Shown here in pieces: positions 12,401 to 24,018 of a stretch of DNA of 64,000 nt. The stretch covers positions 417,557-481,556 of the forward strand of contig JAKMXF010000011.1 of NCBI GenBank assembly GCA_024704765.1, in the 5' to 3' direction. The notes below the pieces were generated by a model that was not told the DNA's origin, searched no databases, and saw only the letters and a program-made list of their open reading frames with translations. The DNA is from Oopsacas minuta. Taxonomy: Eukaryota; Animalia; Porifera. Within the stretch, counting starts at the first letter, position 1. Each line of letters starts with the position of its first letter. The translations under genes and the position numbers were made by a program.

Positions 12401-14790
12401 CAAATGAATCTATTCTTTTATCCAACTTTCATGGTAGCTTTTTACGGATACATTATAAAGACCTAAAGTTAGCTAATTATAATGCAGCTAAATTAACCCC
12501 GCTGTTACTGAAGGTGGGTGACGTAATTGAGATCAGTGAAATAAGAGATGAAGACAGATTTTTAACTCTGACAGCTTTGGGTAGATTTGTTCCTGAGCCT
12601 TGTAGGAAAATTTCTTATCCTATCAAGGCTAATTCTGTTGATAATCATCATCCGAGGAAAGCGAATAGGGCGCTACAGGTCGATAATACAGCCGTCAGAT
12701 CGTTAATCTTAAAGTGTGAGAATTTGATATTCACACAACCTAATCATACGTGTCATATTTCTGAATTTGAAAAACTGTTTAAGATGAATTATAATGAACC
12801 AATTTCTCTCCAGGATCACTCATTTAGAAATTTAGTAAATTTCTTCTCATCTTTCTCTAAGTACTTTTGTATTTTAGGATCAGGTCCTGCATCATCTGTT
12901 TCTCTACAACCTGAAAGGGTTTTTGTTGGAGAATGTCGTTTACTTTTTCATATTCATAAAAACGGAATTAATGTCAGTAATGTGGCCAAAGAATACCCTT
13001 CTATTTCCGATGGTAAAGAATTTGACTTAGGCAGATATGGATCTTATACCAAGCTCAGTAAGCTTCTTTATGTGGTTGAGGACGCCTTAAGTTTGATTGG
13101 GCCAGGTTACAATTGGTTGGTTTCCAATGAACAATCTACTGAACTGATTGAAGCTCATAATCAAGTTGATTTACTCTGGCTTTCTAATATCCTAGACTCC
13201 GCTCTTATTGATAATAGCGGTACCCCTATAGCTTTTGATGAAATTCCTTATTTGTACAAACGTCTTCATCAATGTGAAGCTCCAAAATGGATCTCAGTTA
13301 TTATTACATGTTCTCCTCTTATGAAGATGTATGCTGACGAATTGGTTAGTAAGTGTGATGAATTACTTAAAATTATGAAAGATAAGCGAGTGTTTTTCCA
13401 ACTTTCTAGTGCAAAATGGGAAGAATTGTTTAAATATAATGCCATTTGCCTATTTTACAGAAGGAATAAGCTACGTCTACCGATACTAGAGTTTAAATCA
13501 TCGTATCAATCAGATTATTGTGATATTGATATCGCATTGTTAGGCTATGAGAAGATTGAAAATCTACTTAATTCTCGTTATTTGCAGACGATTGAAGAAA
13601 CTAATAGCAATTACGTATGTTTAACTGCTGAAGGTCTGCAAAAATTATTTCAAAAGCAGATAGTCGAAATATTGTTTAATTCTGAAGATTATAATATTAT
13701 GGTAGATAGTATCACATCTAAATACTATAACACATACGGCTATAATCTTAAACTAAAAGAAATGGATATTTCAAAACTAAATCAGTTGCTCTCTCTTCAT
13801 GAAATATCCAGTTTGGTTTCTATTTCGGGAGATAAAAAGGAAAAATGTCTTTGTTTGAAAAATGAAATTATTCAGCGTGAAAAGTGTCGTCAAGTCCTCA
13901 CTGATCTAAGTAATGAGATTAAATTCCCATTTAAATACGAATTATTTTCTGAACGATATTACACAAAATTTAAAGAGAAGTGCGATATCAAGTTAGTATA
14001 CGACTCAGCTTCTCAGGTTGTACGTGTGTTAGGCCAAAATGGGTGTTACCGGATAACTTCAGCTAATTATAGTTATCCTCATAGAAAACTTAGTAGTATT
14101 CCTAAAGGACATCTGCTAACACCTGAGCACTTAGTTGAACATAAAATATTATCCAATTTTAATTCAAAGAACAAAGACGACACTTCTAATGATCAAGCGT
14201 GTGTGCCGAATTATGATGTTAAAACAACGACTGAGTATGGACTTATTACTTCGCAGAATAAGAACCCCAAGGCTCCTACATCACCATCGCATAGTAAAAA
14301 TTCTGGTCCTATTTCAAGTGTTCGTATTCTTAAACGGCCGAAAGACTACTTTGATAACAAAGAAAAATCACACTGCTCACATCCAGTCACATACAAGGAG
14401 ACAGTTGGTGTATATACTAAGGATAATGATAATAATCAGTTCCATGATACCGCTTCTATACAGAAAAATTCTCTTAGTGAGAACGTTTTAGCACCTACCT
14501 CTAATTTATCTACTCTTTCTCTGAGTACTGTTAACCCTACTAACACCGTATCGAGAAAAGAGAAGTACTCGCCCCAAACAGATACTTTTAAAGATTGCTC
14601 TTTACCCACGGAATGTGTGAAAGATAAAATTTCTACTAATGAGGTTGAAATTAAATCTATTGATTTAAGTAACAAGTCTCCCAATGTTGTAGGTAAATCT
14701 ACAAGTGGATTTGGAGAACCTGATAAGTCAGAGGTGAAGGGAAGAATTTGCCTTGCGGCTAATTTTAGCTTATTAGATAATGATAATTAG
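9460..14790 (+). CDS. MARF1: MARF1/Limkain-b1-like NYN endoribonuclease with an RRM and multiple LOTUS/OST-HTH repeats, 1776 aa, single exon
   Basis: NYN motifs VGIFWDIEN, NAADEKL and LLTGDVNF...HVVLVHN. The RRM VSGLP...LGKLCDNTGGKV...ALIRFQQPENAARCQRRL matches MARF1 RRM1, followed by many ~70-80-aa LOTUS-like units. Confidence 0.85.
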   Translation: MNTKVTVEESLTFFCKGLCGTPNCDCEFSEELDFFMHTNKDDPDSLTVSDSIFCKRCMHLFSSGEIVAKHSCKPLYQIEQTVPMSKPIYNNDISIRDESSSSSGDHSVLTLESESDSVANVPIGAKPISCEVTSAAQGSGGQDIVGIFWDIENIFIPDNKSPAGVVRVLRELFVINKREVEFQCVCDTHKEERFIIDQLNSSLVTVVHVTCTNKNAADEKLKQLLVKFSQTYQAPATVVLLTGDVNFSPTLNSLKNFHKFHVVLVHNKQCSQALKETASELHLIDDLILDVLPPGNRSFIHSSFIVVSGLPVWLVNAKQMRNELGKLCDNTGGKVVNMEGDRALIRFQQPENAARCQRRLNNLSLLGVNITARLTADEPFATAVIRPNFCKMGNRFPRPLVNQAPRVVVHNSYPHPHVPRHRYPQSRVEPLKYWLKFYPKINSSSFEVITRQHIETCLESLRDILIVDSLPLIDSIAVYVQTNLQAELLIESIDHGKFDMEKIQPFNGNIQNLYFQNFIADAYLVLSHSKSGWMFVRDFNKGYHRLKKEFCHEDYLDRILSTSSKIVCGFRDQDSYDLSILANEDCNPLLNFSFPSNFSDFELRLKVNQLLRLPQFNGKMHYFDLLPTFRSTYGNHYFKLYSGGSNVMSILNNLPDITILHESKTGVCRNYLRLVRSKPTPKEMFAFNEQIVKHILIEKSQSIPFELMRELCGNYFHLKLNSSLTGLKEYDEILNTVEGLISQLNVAPKINCKFADTILCLKQNVWELVCYSGSSGMSLELLEKIYFQKTGQRISIKAFPLSSSADLLACIPGLKLFSKQGNMFVCFNENYFPELHASQCMFLINASPSQNCSNSEFRSQYQQLYENPIRFSLETIPQIYIHCKDNTVSRIHMSIRYLAIEICHFLYQQSNYSISLLDFNAGYQYYYNKPLIPSVFGFQSNIELFNRLEDYIVIEKESLCLLKHRVFAIEICQVFRKLTHPNESILLSNFHGSFLRIHYKDLKLANYNAAKLTPLLLKVGDVIEISEIRDEDRFLTLTALGRFVPEPCRKISYPIKANSVDNHHPRKANRALQVDNTAVRSLILKCENLIFTQPNHTCHISEFEKLFKMNYNEPISLQDHSFRNLVNFFSSFSKYFCILGSGPASSVSLQPERVFVGECRLLFHIHKNGINVSNVAKEYPSISDGKEFDLGRYGSYTKLSKLLYVVEDALSLIGPGYNWLVSNEQSTELIEAHNQVDLLWLSNILDSALIDNSGTPIAFDEIPYLYKRLHQCEAPKWISVIITCSPLMKMYADELVSKCDELLKIMKDKRVFFQLSSAKWEELFKYNAICLFYRRNKLRLPILEFKSSYQSDYCDIDIALLGYEKIENLLNSRYLQTIEETNSNYVCLTAEGLQKLFQKQIVEILFNSEDYNIMVDSITSKYYNTYGYNLKLKEMDISKLNQLLSLHEISSLVSISGDKKEKCLCLKNEIIQREKCRQVLTDLSNEIKFPFKYELFSERYYTKFKEKCDIKLVYDSASQVVRVLGQNGCYRITSANYSYPHRKLSSIPKGHLLTPEHLVEHKILSNFNSKNKDDTSNDQACVPNYDVKTTTEYGLITSQNKNPKAPTSPSHSKNSGPISSVRILKRPKDYFDNKEKSHCSHPVTYKETVGVYTKDNDNNQFHDTASIQKNSLSENVLAPTSNLSTLSLSTVNPTNTVSRKEKYSPQTDTFKDCSLPTECVKDKISTNEVEIKSIDLSNKSPNVVGKSTSGFGEPDKSEVKGRICLAANFSLLDNDN

Positions 14791-15859
14791 TTGAGTCCTG
14801 TGTGTAGTGGCGTGGTTGTGAACCTACCCAGTAGGGACACGATTTCTTCACTACCACAAGCACTTAACTGTAGTTTGAGTTATAACCATTCCTGAAATCA
14901 ATAATTGTCATTAAGATCTGATGTCCTTTCTAGATTTCTACTCAAGCTTTACTTTGGATAATTTATTTATACAAATATTTCTGCAATATTTTGTGTTAGA
15001 GTACTAAGTATCATTATAAGAATATCTATTTGTGTAATAATTATGTAACTATTAGCTTATTAGCTTTAGTAACACTCTGGTTAGTCAATATTGCTGTATT
15101 TAACTGGGTGCAGGGAGTGGCGTGGGCATTGGGTGAGCTGACCCCAAAAAGTATTTGCAATTAGCTATCTTAACCTATATCCCTCTGAGGCGCTGAGTGA
15201 CTCCTTAATTAACACGAATATGTTATATCTCAGTAAGACAATGTATTTACACTTAAATAAATTATTGTTAATGTCTTGCTTGCAAAATATGTATATAATG
15301 GGGGTTTATTTCCACCAAGAAGTACTTATCTGCAATAATTGTGGTATTTAATCATACGTTATTAATGCACTCAAATTAATAACGTTTAAGTTTTGGCTCG
15401 CTTCGCGTTGCAAAACCATCGATATTATATTATATCACCAGTACTATATCTATATTCCTTGTATTGATCTAATGACTGAGGGTCCTGGGGTTGTAATTGT
15501 ATAACAATTACATAGTATCAAAACACGTAACACATTAGTTATTACTTTTAGCTTATAATTCGTTTAAAATATACTATTTACATAGTAGCTACTAAACTAA
15601 TAGTATAGGAATGCATACAGGACTAAATGACCATGTTCCGGCCATCCGGCAGGGCATAACCGCTGTCTTGAGTTCAGTTTATGAGATACAGGTAAACATC
15701 TTAAAGCTGCACCTCTGATTACGACAACCTCCGAGATACGACCAAAAACTATTCTCCTGATTTACCTTCATATAATGCATTGCTCTATGGGATACCTCTG
15801 AAGATCCAGCACAAGCGGTGCTCCCCAAAGTCTCGCAAATTCGGAGGTTTACTTGTATT

Positions 15860-16052
15860 TACTTGAATTTTTTACAGACTTGTATATAGATGTGCATCTT
15901 GGGTAAGGTGTTTTATCCATGCTAAATCACAATGATGACACCACTTAGACACTATTCTGCCATTTCTGTGTATATTAGCTGAATATAGAAATTTGGAATG
16001 AACACACAGCATAGGTAACGTGGTCCATTAAATCGTATTTAAATCTCAGATT
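15860..16052 (+). repeat. ~192-bp direct repeat, copy 1
   Basis: Near-identical to 21243-21433 (one substitution and one AC indel). No TIR or TSD. Confidence 0.9.
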
Positions 16053-16111
16053 TACCCTGAATGAATGCATTCGATCACCAAAAAGTTGGACTAATTCCGA
16101 AAATGATATTT

Positions 16112-16427
16112 GGACTAATGCATGTGTCCCGTTACTACCTTACATGACAGAATTATTACCCTTTGATCATGACATGAAATCGTTGAACTCAACTCTTAGT
16201 TCTTATCACACTGAAACTAATGCATTTTCAATGGTTTCTTTATTTCTGCTCCAGAGTTATATTAAAATACCTGGAAGAAAACAGTCCATACGAAAATGTA
16301 AAATTCTCTTGCTTATGCTAGTTTTGTAATATAACTCTAGACCAGAAACAAAGAAACCATTCAAAATGCATTAGTATCAGTGTGATAAGAACTAAGAGTT
16401 GAGTACAACGATTTCATGCCATGATCA
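16112..16427. mobile_element. Truncated copy of the long-TIR MITE at 27153-27473
   Basis: High identity to 27131-27444, including ~20 bp of shared left flank. The right TIR is cut off at ATGATCA 16427. Confidence 0.8.
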
Positions 16428-16494
16428 TAGATATCAGATTTCTTCATTCAATACTTGTTATATGTTCAGAATTGATCGAAGAAACTGATAGACC

Positions 16495-16720
16495 AACAGG
16501 GGTGATTTTTGGCATACAGGGGTATTTTGGGTCTGGGGCGGACTAGTTGAGTCTTGGACGAAAATTCACACCTGACGAAATTATGACGTCATTGTCACTG
16601 TTCTGGATTTTCAAAAGACCAGATTATTAGCCACTGCTCAGCCAATATACATGTTAGAAATTTGGAAATTAAATAATATGTGCCACTACACATGTCAAAT
16701 GTCATGACGTCACGATTTTG
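16495..16720 (+). repeat. Diverged repeat-family copy, probably a DNA-transposon end; homolog at ~37243-37470
   Basis: Shared ATTTTTGGCA..GGTATTTTGG and TTGGACGAAAATTCACAC.TGAC.AAATTATGACGTCA blocks. Boundaries are approximate. Confidence 0.55.
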
Positions 16721-17123
16721 AAAATGCCCCCTCATCACGAATGAATTCTTCATTATCACTATAAAAATATCAAATTTTCCAAATTTCGTGTATATTTAGG
16801 TTTCATAATACTCAGGGCGCCCAAATTACTAACCAAAAGCCACGTATCAGCTACAATACTACTACAGTAACTATATGTAATTCGGATGGACCATGAATAA
16901 TTAAAAATACAAATTTTCAACTTGAGGCACATAGTGCTGAGTATATTATAAAATATAAACAATCCATAAAATAAACTTAGATCACATCCAAAATAATTAC
17001 ATAATTATGAAAAATAACATGAAGATACAAACAACCCAGGTTAATCCTATCAGAACAAATAAATTAATACTGATAAATTCAATTACTAAATCAGCAATAG
17101 TGTTTGCATAGAGATAGTAATAT

Positions 17124-19193
17124 TTAGCTGAATATACGTATCCACTTTATGATCGGCCGTCTACACTTATGACACTCCTTCAGCTGTTCAGCACAAACCT
17201 TACAAGACACGTGACCACAAGGGTCAAAGGCTACCCGGAACCTTTCTTTATAGCTCTCACAACAAATATCGCATTCATCTTCTTCCTTCGGTTGGAGAGA
17301 TTCTGTAGGTGAAATGTGAGGAGGAGGAGCAGGCGGGAGAGAATGGGTTAGATTGGGGGGCAATGGAACTGGGATATCATCTATAGCTGGAGGATAGGAT
17401 ATTCTTGGATTAACTGGTATATGAGTTTGGTCAATCAAATTGTGATTTCCTTGTACCCTCAGGCGTCTCTCGAGAGCGAATGGAGCAAGAGGATTAAAAT
17501 TTGTAACTTCTCCATTACAGGTGTAGCATCGAGAGCCGTCTATAGAATGCACTATACAGTAGGTAACATGACCACATGGCGTATTCATAAACTCAGCCAT
17601 CAAATTACAAAGTGTACAGTCAGGAAGTTGAGGGGGAGCTTTGTCCTCACAGTAACGTCTGACGTCAGGACTTAGCTCAGAGAGAGCTGATACTCCGCTA
17701 ATATTCTTCTTCAGGTAAGGCACACGTTTCTGAATGAGATAGCAACACAAAGCAATTCTGATATGAGAGCCATATTGCTGTTCTACCTCCTTGAATACAG
17801 CCTGTAGTGTAGTAGCATGTCGGAGTAGAGAAAGGTCGTAGTTATCACAGTTAGAATTAAATAAAATATGTAAAGCATTATTACCAAAGCTGTCAGAAGT
17901 GTATGCGTCACAACCTTTCTGAAATAATACATCTAGCATATGGAACTTCTTCTCGTAGACAGCAAATAGGAAAGGTGTAAGCTTGTTACTGTCTCTCTGT
18001 TCCAGATTAACGATAGGACATCCTAGTATCAGTATTAGACAGTCGAAATGATCTCTGAGTATTGCTAGATGCAGTGGTGTCAGTCCGTCATATTGCCCTC
18101 GCTTAGCTTTGATATTAACCAAGTTCGGTCTCTTTTGGAGGAGATAACCAACTACTTTACTACTATTCTGGAGGATACCGACATGCAGTGGAAGTAACCC
18201 AGTACCGTCACATAACTCTGGATCAGCTCCGGCATCCAACAGATTCATAACAGTATTTAGGTTAGAGACACGAGCAGCTATGTGTAAGGCAGTTTCCTGT
18301 GTGTAACTGTCTCTAATCTTAACATTACACTTCTGAGACTGAATCAGCTCAGTAGTAATCTCATTAAGGTTACGTTCTATTGCTAACAATAGCGGATATT
18401 TGTTGTTAAGTTTCCCAGGGTCATTAGGCTTAGCTCCTGCCTCAATCAAATGGCGTACACACATTGGGTTAGGAAACACTTCACAGCAATACATGAGGGG
18501 AGTCTTGCCCTGTAAGTCAGGCTGATTAGGGTCCACACCTTGACCCAAGAGGTAAGACACAATCTCGTCATTACCAGCATTGCAGGCTATGTGTAATGCA
18601 TTCATTCCATTCACGCACTCTCTCAGGAGTTGAGGGCTTGCTTGGCTGATAGCTTTAACACGATCTAGGTCTCCGTTAGCTACAGCAGTGGATAATGATT
18701 CTGGTCCGTATTGGACGGGTGCAGGGGCAGGAACTGGTCCCTCTCGTGAGTTTGGTGGGCCAATTGGTATCAGAGCGTTAGGATTAAACGTCCAACTGCT
18801 TCCGGCTACTTCAACTCGTAAATCTCCATCCGCGAATACTCGCTTCACCTCTCCGTCTTGTCCGATGGTATTTGACATTGCATCCACCCAACCTCCGTGA
18901 TCTCTCTGTAACTCTTTCGTTCTCCTCTCGTCATCCAGAACCTTGACCCTATCTCCGACTTGAAATGGCATAACTCGAGTTAGGATTATCGGATTGAATG
19001 CCCAGCATTCTCCCGGTTCATATTCTACATCTACTGTGTGATAACCTACTGACGTGATCTTACCGATTCTACCCATACACCGCGCCATTTCGGGACGCCA
19101 TCCGCCATAACTCTCTTGCAGCTGTTGAACAGTGTCCACATCTAGTAGAATAGACACTCGCTCATTTACTTGCCAACCATGTAACTCTGTCAT
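17124..19193 (-). CDS. Mind bomb (MIB1/MIB2)-like E3 ubiquitin ligase: two MIB/SH3_15 repeats, ankyrin repeats, two RING fingers; 689 aa, single exon
   Basis: Repeats WQVNERVS...GGW...FNP and FQVGDRVKV...HGGW...WTFNP, several xTPLHxA ankyrin units, and RINGs CTLC...PCGH...CYTC and CDICC...PCGHVSCKVC...CHKCR. Confidence 0.88.
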   Translation of the reverse strand: MTELHGWQVNERVSILLDVDTVQQLQESYGGWRPEMARCMGRIGKITSVGYHTVDVEYEPGECWAFNPIILTRVMPFQVGDRVKVLDDERRTKELQRDHGGWVDAMSNTIGQDGEVKRVFADGDLRVEVAGSSWTFNPNALIPIGPPNSREGPVPAPAPVQYGPESLSTAVANGDLDRVKAISQASPQLLRECVNGMNALHIACNAGNDEIVSYLLGQGVDPNQPDLQGKTPLMYCCEVFPNPMCVRHLIEAGAKPNDPGKLNNKYPLLLAIERNLNEITTELIQSQKCNVKIRDSYTQETALHIAARVSNLNTVMNLLDAGADPELCDGTGLLPLHVGILQNSSKVVGYLLQKRPNLVNIKAKRGQYDGLTPLHLAILRDHFDCLILILGCPIVNLEQRDSNKLTPFLFAVYEKKFHMLDVLFQKGCDAYTSDSFGNNALHILFNSNCDNYDLSLLRHATTLQAVFKEVEQQYGSHIRIALCCYLIQKRVPYLKKNISGVSALSELSPDVRRYCEDKAPPQLPDCTLCNLMAEFMNTPCGHVTYCIVHSIDGSRCYTCNGEVTNFNPLAPFALERRLRVQGNHNLIDQTHIPVNPRISYPPAIDDIPVPLPPNLTHSLPPAPPPHISPTESLQPKEEDECDICCESYKERFRVAFDPCGHVSCKVCAEQLKECHKCRRPIIKWIRIFS

Positions 19194-21242
19194 TGGTTGA
19201 ATACCAACAAGTGTTTATAACTGGATTGCGAAAAATACAACTGATAACTCGAATAAGTAAATCTGTTTTGAATCAGTTGTACAAAACTAATAGAAAATAG
19301 TCATATGTAAAGTTTGAATAAGATCTAAATGATATGAATCAATTAGAAATTATGTTCTGCATTTATCCTATTCATAACTTATTTGGGTTTTCCATTTGAT
19401 GCCATTAATAACTATAGGTAATAGTCTTCCTGTATGTATCCAATATGATTGGCTCAGTAAATATTTTCCAGTAAAGACTAAAGAATTAGTTTGGAATAGC
19501 CAGGATAGTGAATTATTACATCAGCTAGTGGAAAATATTTACCACTGGAGAGCATTGTGCCTCTCAGATATGGACCACCATTGGGAGAGGATCAGCCTCT
19601 ACAAATTTGTACACGTAAGGTAAATTTGAATGTATAATTGTATATACATACTAGTTAAGACAATTCCAACCCTCCAAATGGAATAGCGTGTGAGGATACA
19701 GTCCAGATAATAAATAAATTAAGCGCTTGTTAATTGTTAAGAGCATTTTTGAAATTATTGAAAATATGTTTTTTCTAGATTCCACATAAGGAATGATATG
19801 ACAGACTTGAACATTTTCTGAAATATTTTATTGGACTGTATACAAAATGGTTCAATGTTTAGAGGCATACCTGACGTTTAGGAGTCACCATTTAAGAATT
19901 CCTGATCTACCCCCAATAATTATATCTCGTTCCTACGTACCATGCCAGTCGTGTGCTACCTGGAATATTTCGGCCGAAAGCACTGCCATTAACATTGAAT
20001 GCTTTTACTGTGGTCATAGGCGCCGAACCCGGGGCTCCTCGTTTGGTTTCAGACCCATAGAGCTAATACAAAAATTATGAGTGCGCCCCTTGGATCATTC
20101 AAATTGTTGCAAAGTTCGGCGCCCCTGCTGTGAGCAGGGTGTTGTTATGCAGGTGTATGCCCCTAAGAACATGGATGAAACCCTGGCTGTGGGCAATAAA
20201 ATATCTAAACATACGTCCGATCCCAATTGACCTATTTCAGTAATTTATCCTATTATACGTATAGACATATAACTAATATTAGTATTCATGTTAATTAGTG
20301 GTTAGAATTGCTTCATAATATTAATCCAGATAAGATAAGTGACAAATATAATTGCTTGATATAAAGTTTATTTAATGATATTACCATAAACAGAACCACA
20401 CAAATATTGTTATTTACTCAGGTTAATCGGGCCAACACCTTTATTCCGCCTAATCGGTTCATAATGGCCTGGTCCAAATGTGACCCTATTAAGTGGAGTC
20501 TACTCTATATATATACGTGTGTAACATGTAGCGAATTGTCCGGTAATGGGGTGCCCATATAGTGAAGTATCCATTTAGTGTATTGTCAGTGCAGTGAAGT
20601 GTCAGCGTAAGGAAGTGTCCATGTAATGAGGTGTTCGTGCAATGAAGTGTCCATTTAGTTTAGTGTCTGCAGCGAAGTGTCCCTATGTCCGTGTGGAACA
20701 GGTGTTGATATTATACAATAATGATTTCGTACATATTTCGAGCCAATTATTAAAAATTGATTCCTATTTTGCTACATCTACAGCGGTAGATCTCAACATG
20801 TTCCTTAGAATACATTATGCATATAATATGGAATATCTTGAATTGAATACTAAACTCAGAGAAATTAGTAAACAATTCAATTTGTCTGCTCTATGGCTTA
20901 AAGCTCAAATAATTCAGGTGATTTGCTTTGTTGGAAATTAACCACTCAACCTATTAATAGCCAAATCATAGCAAACCAGTAAACACCACAGAAACACTTT
21001 GGTAAACCATTGATCAGCATTCACTACCAAAGGAATGTGAGAGATCTGATAACGGGTGCAACTCTATAGCTACCAGTTACTGGTTAATACATCCACAGAG
21101 AAAATGAATGTAATACTGTTCCGATGAGAATACGGTGGTATAAAAGTATTAATGTGGTTTAAACATCAAGAACCTGGTTTGATCGACTATATTTGTTATT
21201 ACGAACAGTTCATCATCATGTATGTATCCGTACCTCCTTCAA

Positions 21243-21433
21243 TACTTGAAATTTTTACAGACTTGTATATAGATGTGCATCTTGGGTAAGGTGTTTTATC
21301 CATGCTAAATCACAATGATGACACCACTTAGACACTATTCTGCCATTTCTGTGTATATTAGCTGAATATAGAAATTTGGAATGAACACAGCATAGGTAAC
21401 GTGGTCCATTAAATCGTATTTAAATCTCAGATT
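21243..21433 (+). repeat. ~192-bp direct repeat, copy 2
   Basis: Near-identical to 15860-16052. Confidence 0.9.
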
Positions 21434-22189
21434 CATCGGACAAATCCCTGACATTGCTAATTACGGGTAGAGATTTTCTACATCATCACCTAATTAGAAT
21501 TTTAAAAGGTTGATATCTCGAGGCAGAGATGGGATAGAAATGAACATATGACGGGTAAAATTTCAAATTTCTACAACAGTGATGGGCAACCAGTGGGCCG
21601 CGAGGCTATTTTTATGTCCCTCATGAAATTTTCATATTTATATTCAGTGTTATGTATTTTCTTGGCAATATCTGAAACCTGCTGCCCCAAGTGTTTGTAA
21701 GGCCTAAAACCTACTCACTTTTTGCTCCTGTTAACCAATCCTTGCTTACATGTGTTTAGATAGTTTAGTTCTTTAAAAAAGTGCCCGTTGGCCTAATTGA
21801 ATTGGTTGACTCACGTAAAATGCTATCATTTTATTATTTCTATATACGAGAAAAATTGAGCAAGATTTGTGAAGTTCAAAATCACAAAGTAAAATATTTA
21901 GAAGCGTAAAACAATTGCATCCTCCTATTCGTGGCGCAAACCTAGCTCAAACCTACCAGCCTTCAGTACCTACCTACGGGTCTTCGGTCCTAACCGACCG
22001 CCGCCGTACCGGCGCCCAAACCAAAAACGTAACACTGTTTATATTCTGGGCCGTATAACAATGATACTTATTAAATAACTATTTGGCATTTTACCTTACG
22101 TACTTATATTTATTATTGTTCAATAGATGGCATATGTCTGTAATAGTTAAAAGTTTTTAGGTAAAAATCGAAATGTTAATAGAGAGGAT

Positions 22190-22620
22190 ATGGGATGAAG
22201 ATTGACTTGCCACAGTCAGGGAGTTAGAAGAGAGGACTGGTTTCCCAAAAATCAACAATTCATAAGATTATCAAAGATGAGCTAGAAATGTCACGGGTTG
22301 TGGCGAGATGGGTCCCAAAACTTTTATCACAGGACCAAAAGCTGGAAAGGGTCAGAGCTAGCAGTGATTTATTCAATTCGTGGCGTAGCGAAGACTTTTT
22401 GGATCGAATAGTGATATGAGATGAACATTGTTCCATTACTACGAACCAGAGATTAAATCTCAAAGTAGTCAGCTGAAAAGAAATCATGAAGCTGTCCCTA
22501 ACAAAGTAAAGTGTTTCCTTCCGCCGGTAATAGAATGGCAACATTTTTCTGGGATAGAAAGGGCAAGCTCTCAATCGACTGTCTCCCTGAGAAGACAACC
22601 ATTAACAGAGACTACTACGT
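22190..22620 (+). pseudogene. Degraded mariner transposase fragment
   Basis: Translation across frameshifts gives TIHKIIKDELEMSRVVARWVPKLLSQDQKLERV...FHYYEPEIKSQS, with the WVP motif. No TIRs found. Confidence 0.75.
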
Positions 22621-22706
22621 AAGCGAATTGGACAAGAACCTTTGGGACAGACCTTGTAAATTGCACAGCTCACGATTTAATGTCTATTAGTAATAGTATA
22701 ACTGTA

Positions 22707-24018
22707 CAGGGTGGCTCCAAAGTTCTGATACAAACCATTTTGTCTATAATATTTATTCAGCATGACCTACATTATTGATTCTCTATATATAATTAATACA
22801 TACTATTAGGAAGAGATTGCCTAGTCATTTATTCAATATAACCACCCTTTTTGGAAATGACAGCCCTGAGTCTGTTCGGGAATCCTTCTACTGCGGCACG
22901 CAGAGTTTCTTGGGGCATCTTCTCCCATTCTCGACACAAGGAAATCTTTAGAGAGCTAACTGTGTTGTGTGACACAGAACAAGCCTTGTTTTCCAAGATA
23001 TACCATACAGAATAGTCCATGGGATTTAAATCGGGACTGTATGGTGGCCATTCATCCTTATGTATAAAATTGGGAATATTGTGCTTCAGCCAATCTTGGG
23101 TCGTATTGGCCGTATGGGCGGGAGCACCATCTTGTTGGAAGACAAATTGCTGTCCAGAAAACATGGTCTGGCTCAGACCTTTTACCACAGGCTCTAATAC
23201 AAGCTCTTGGTATGTTTTGGCATTGATTTTCACTCCTGGGGGGATGAAAATCAGTGGTGTCCGACCAACAGCAGAGACCCCAGTCCAAACCATCACCGAC
23301 AGTGGTTTCTTCATCCGACTGATATATCTGAACTTATCAGGGATCGCTGAAACTGAGGTCGAGATGACTCTGTTGTTTTGGCTATTTGTAGCCTCTTCAA
23401 TGGTGAAAATTTCTCATCTGAGAAAATGGTATTTTCGAGAACTCCAATAGCGTGTAGAGCAAGTAGGCTCTTGCTCCGGGACACTCTCTTTTCTTTCACC
23501 GACCCAGATAGGAATTGTACCTTTTTGCGTTTAAAAGAGCGCATTCCTAGGTCCCTTTTGACAACCTTTTGTATTGCTCGGCGAGATATATTGAGCTCCA
23601 AGGCCATTTTCCTCATCGAATGGTGTGGGTTCCGCCGAATCCGTTCTCGCACCACTTTCTTGAGAGCTGAGGTCGTTACAGAGCATGGACGACCAGATCT
23701 CGGCTTGTCTACAGTGTCCCCAGTTTCCTTATATCGATTTATCGTCCTGTAGATAAATGCCCTACGTCCTTTTTGCAATATTCAGCAGTTTCAAAATTTC
23801 TGATGGACTTTTCCCCGCCATATGCAACTCAATAATTGCTGACCTCTCAGATTCCATGGTCAATCACAATTTTTTTCGAAATAGAATACACTAAATTGAA
23901 ATAATATTTGTTAGGAAGCGTATAAGGTATGTCATGGGAGAGCAAACCATTGAGAATACTTCCTGATAATGGTTGTATATTAATCATGATTTTGTATCAG
24001 AACTTTGGAGCCACCCTG
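22707..24018 (-). mobile_element. maT-type (DD37D) Tc1/mariner element, 1312 bp
   Basis: Perfect 28-bp TIRs CAGGGTGGCTCCAAAGTTCTGATACAAA with TA flanks at 22705-06 and 24019-20. Confidence 0.93.
22829..23857 (-). pseudogene. DD37D transposase with two frameshifts
   Basis: ATG at 23857 (MESERSAIIELH). Single-base indels at ~23780 and ~23410. FSDEK...FQQDGAPAH-37-D (SPDLNPMDY). Confidence 0.88.

Noticed and set aside
19847-20080. ORF with two CxxC motifs as the missing ZZ finger of the MIB-like gene
   Set aside because: It is on the wrong strand, short, and has no ZZ consensus.
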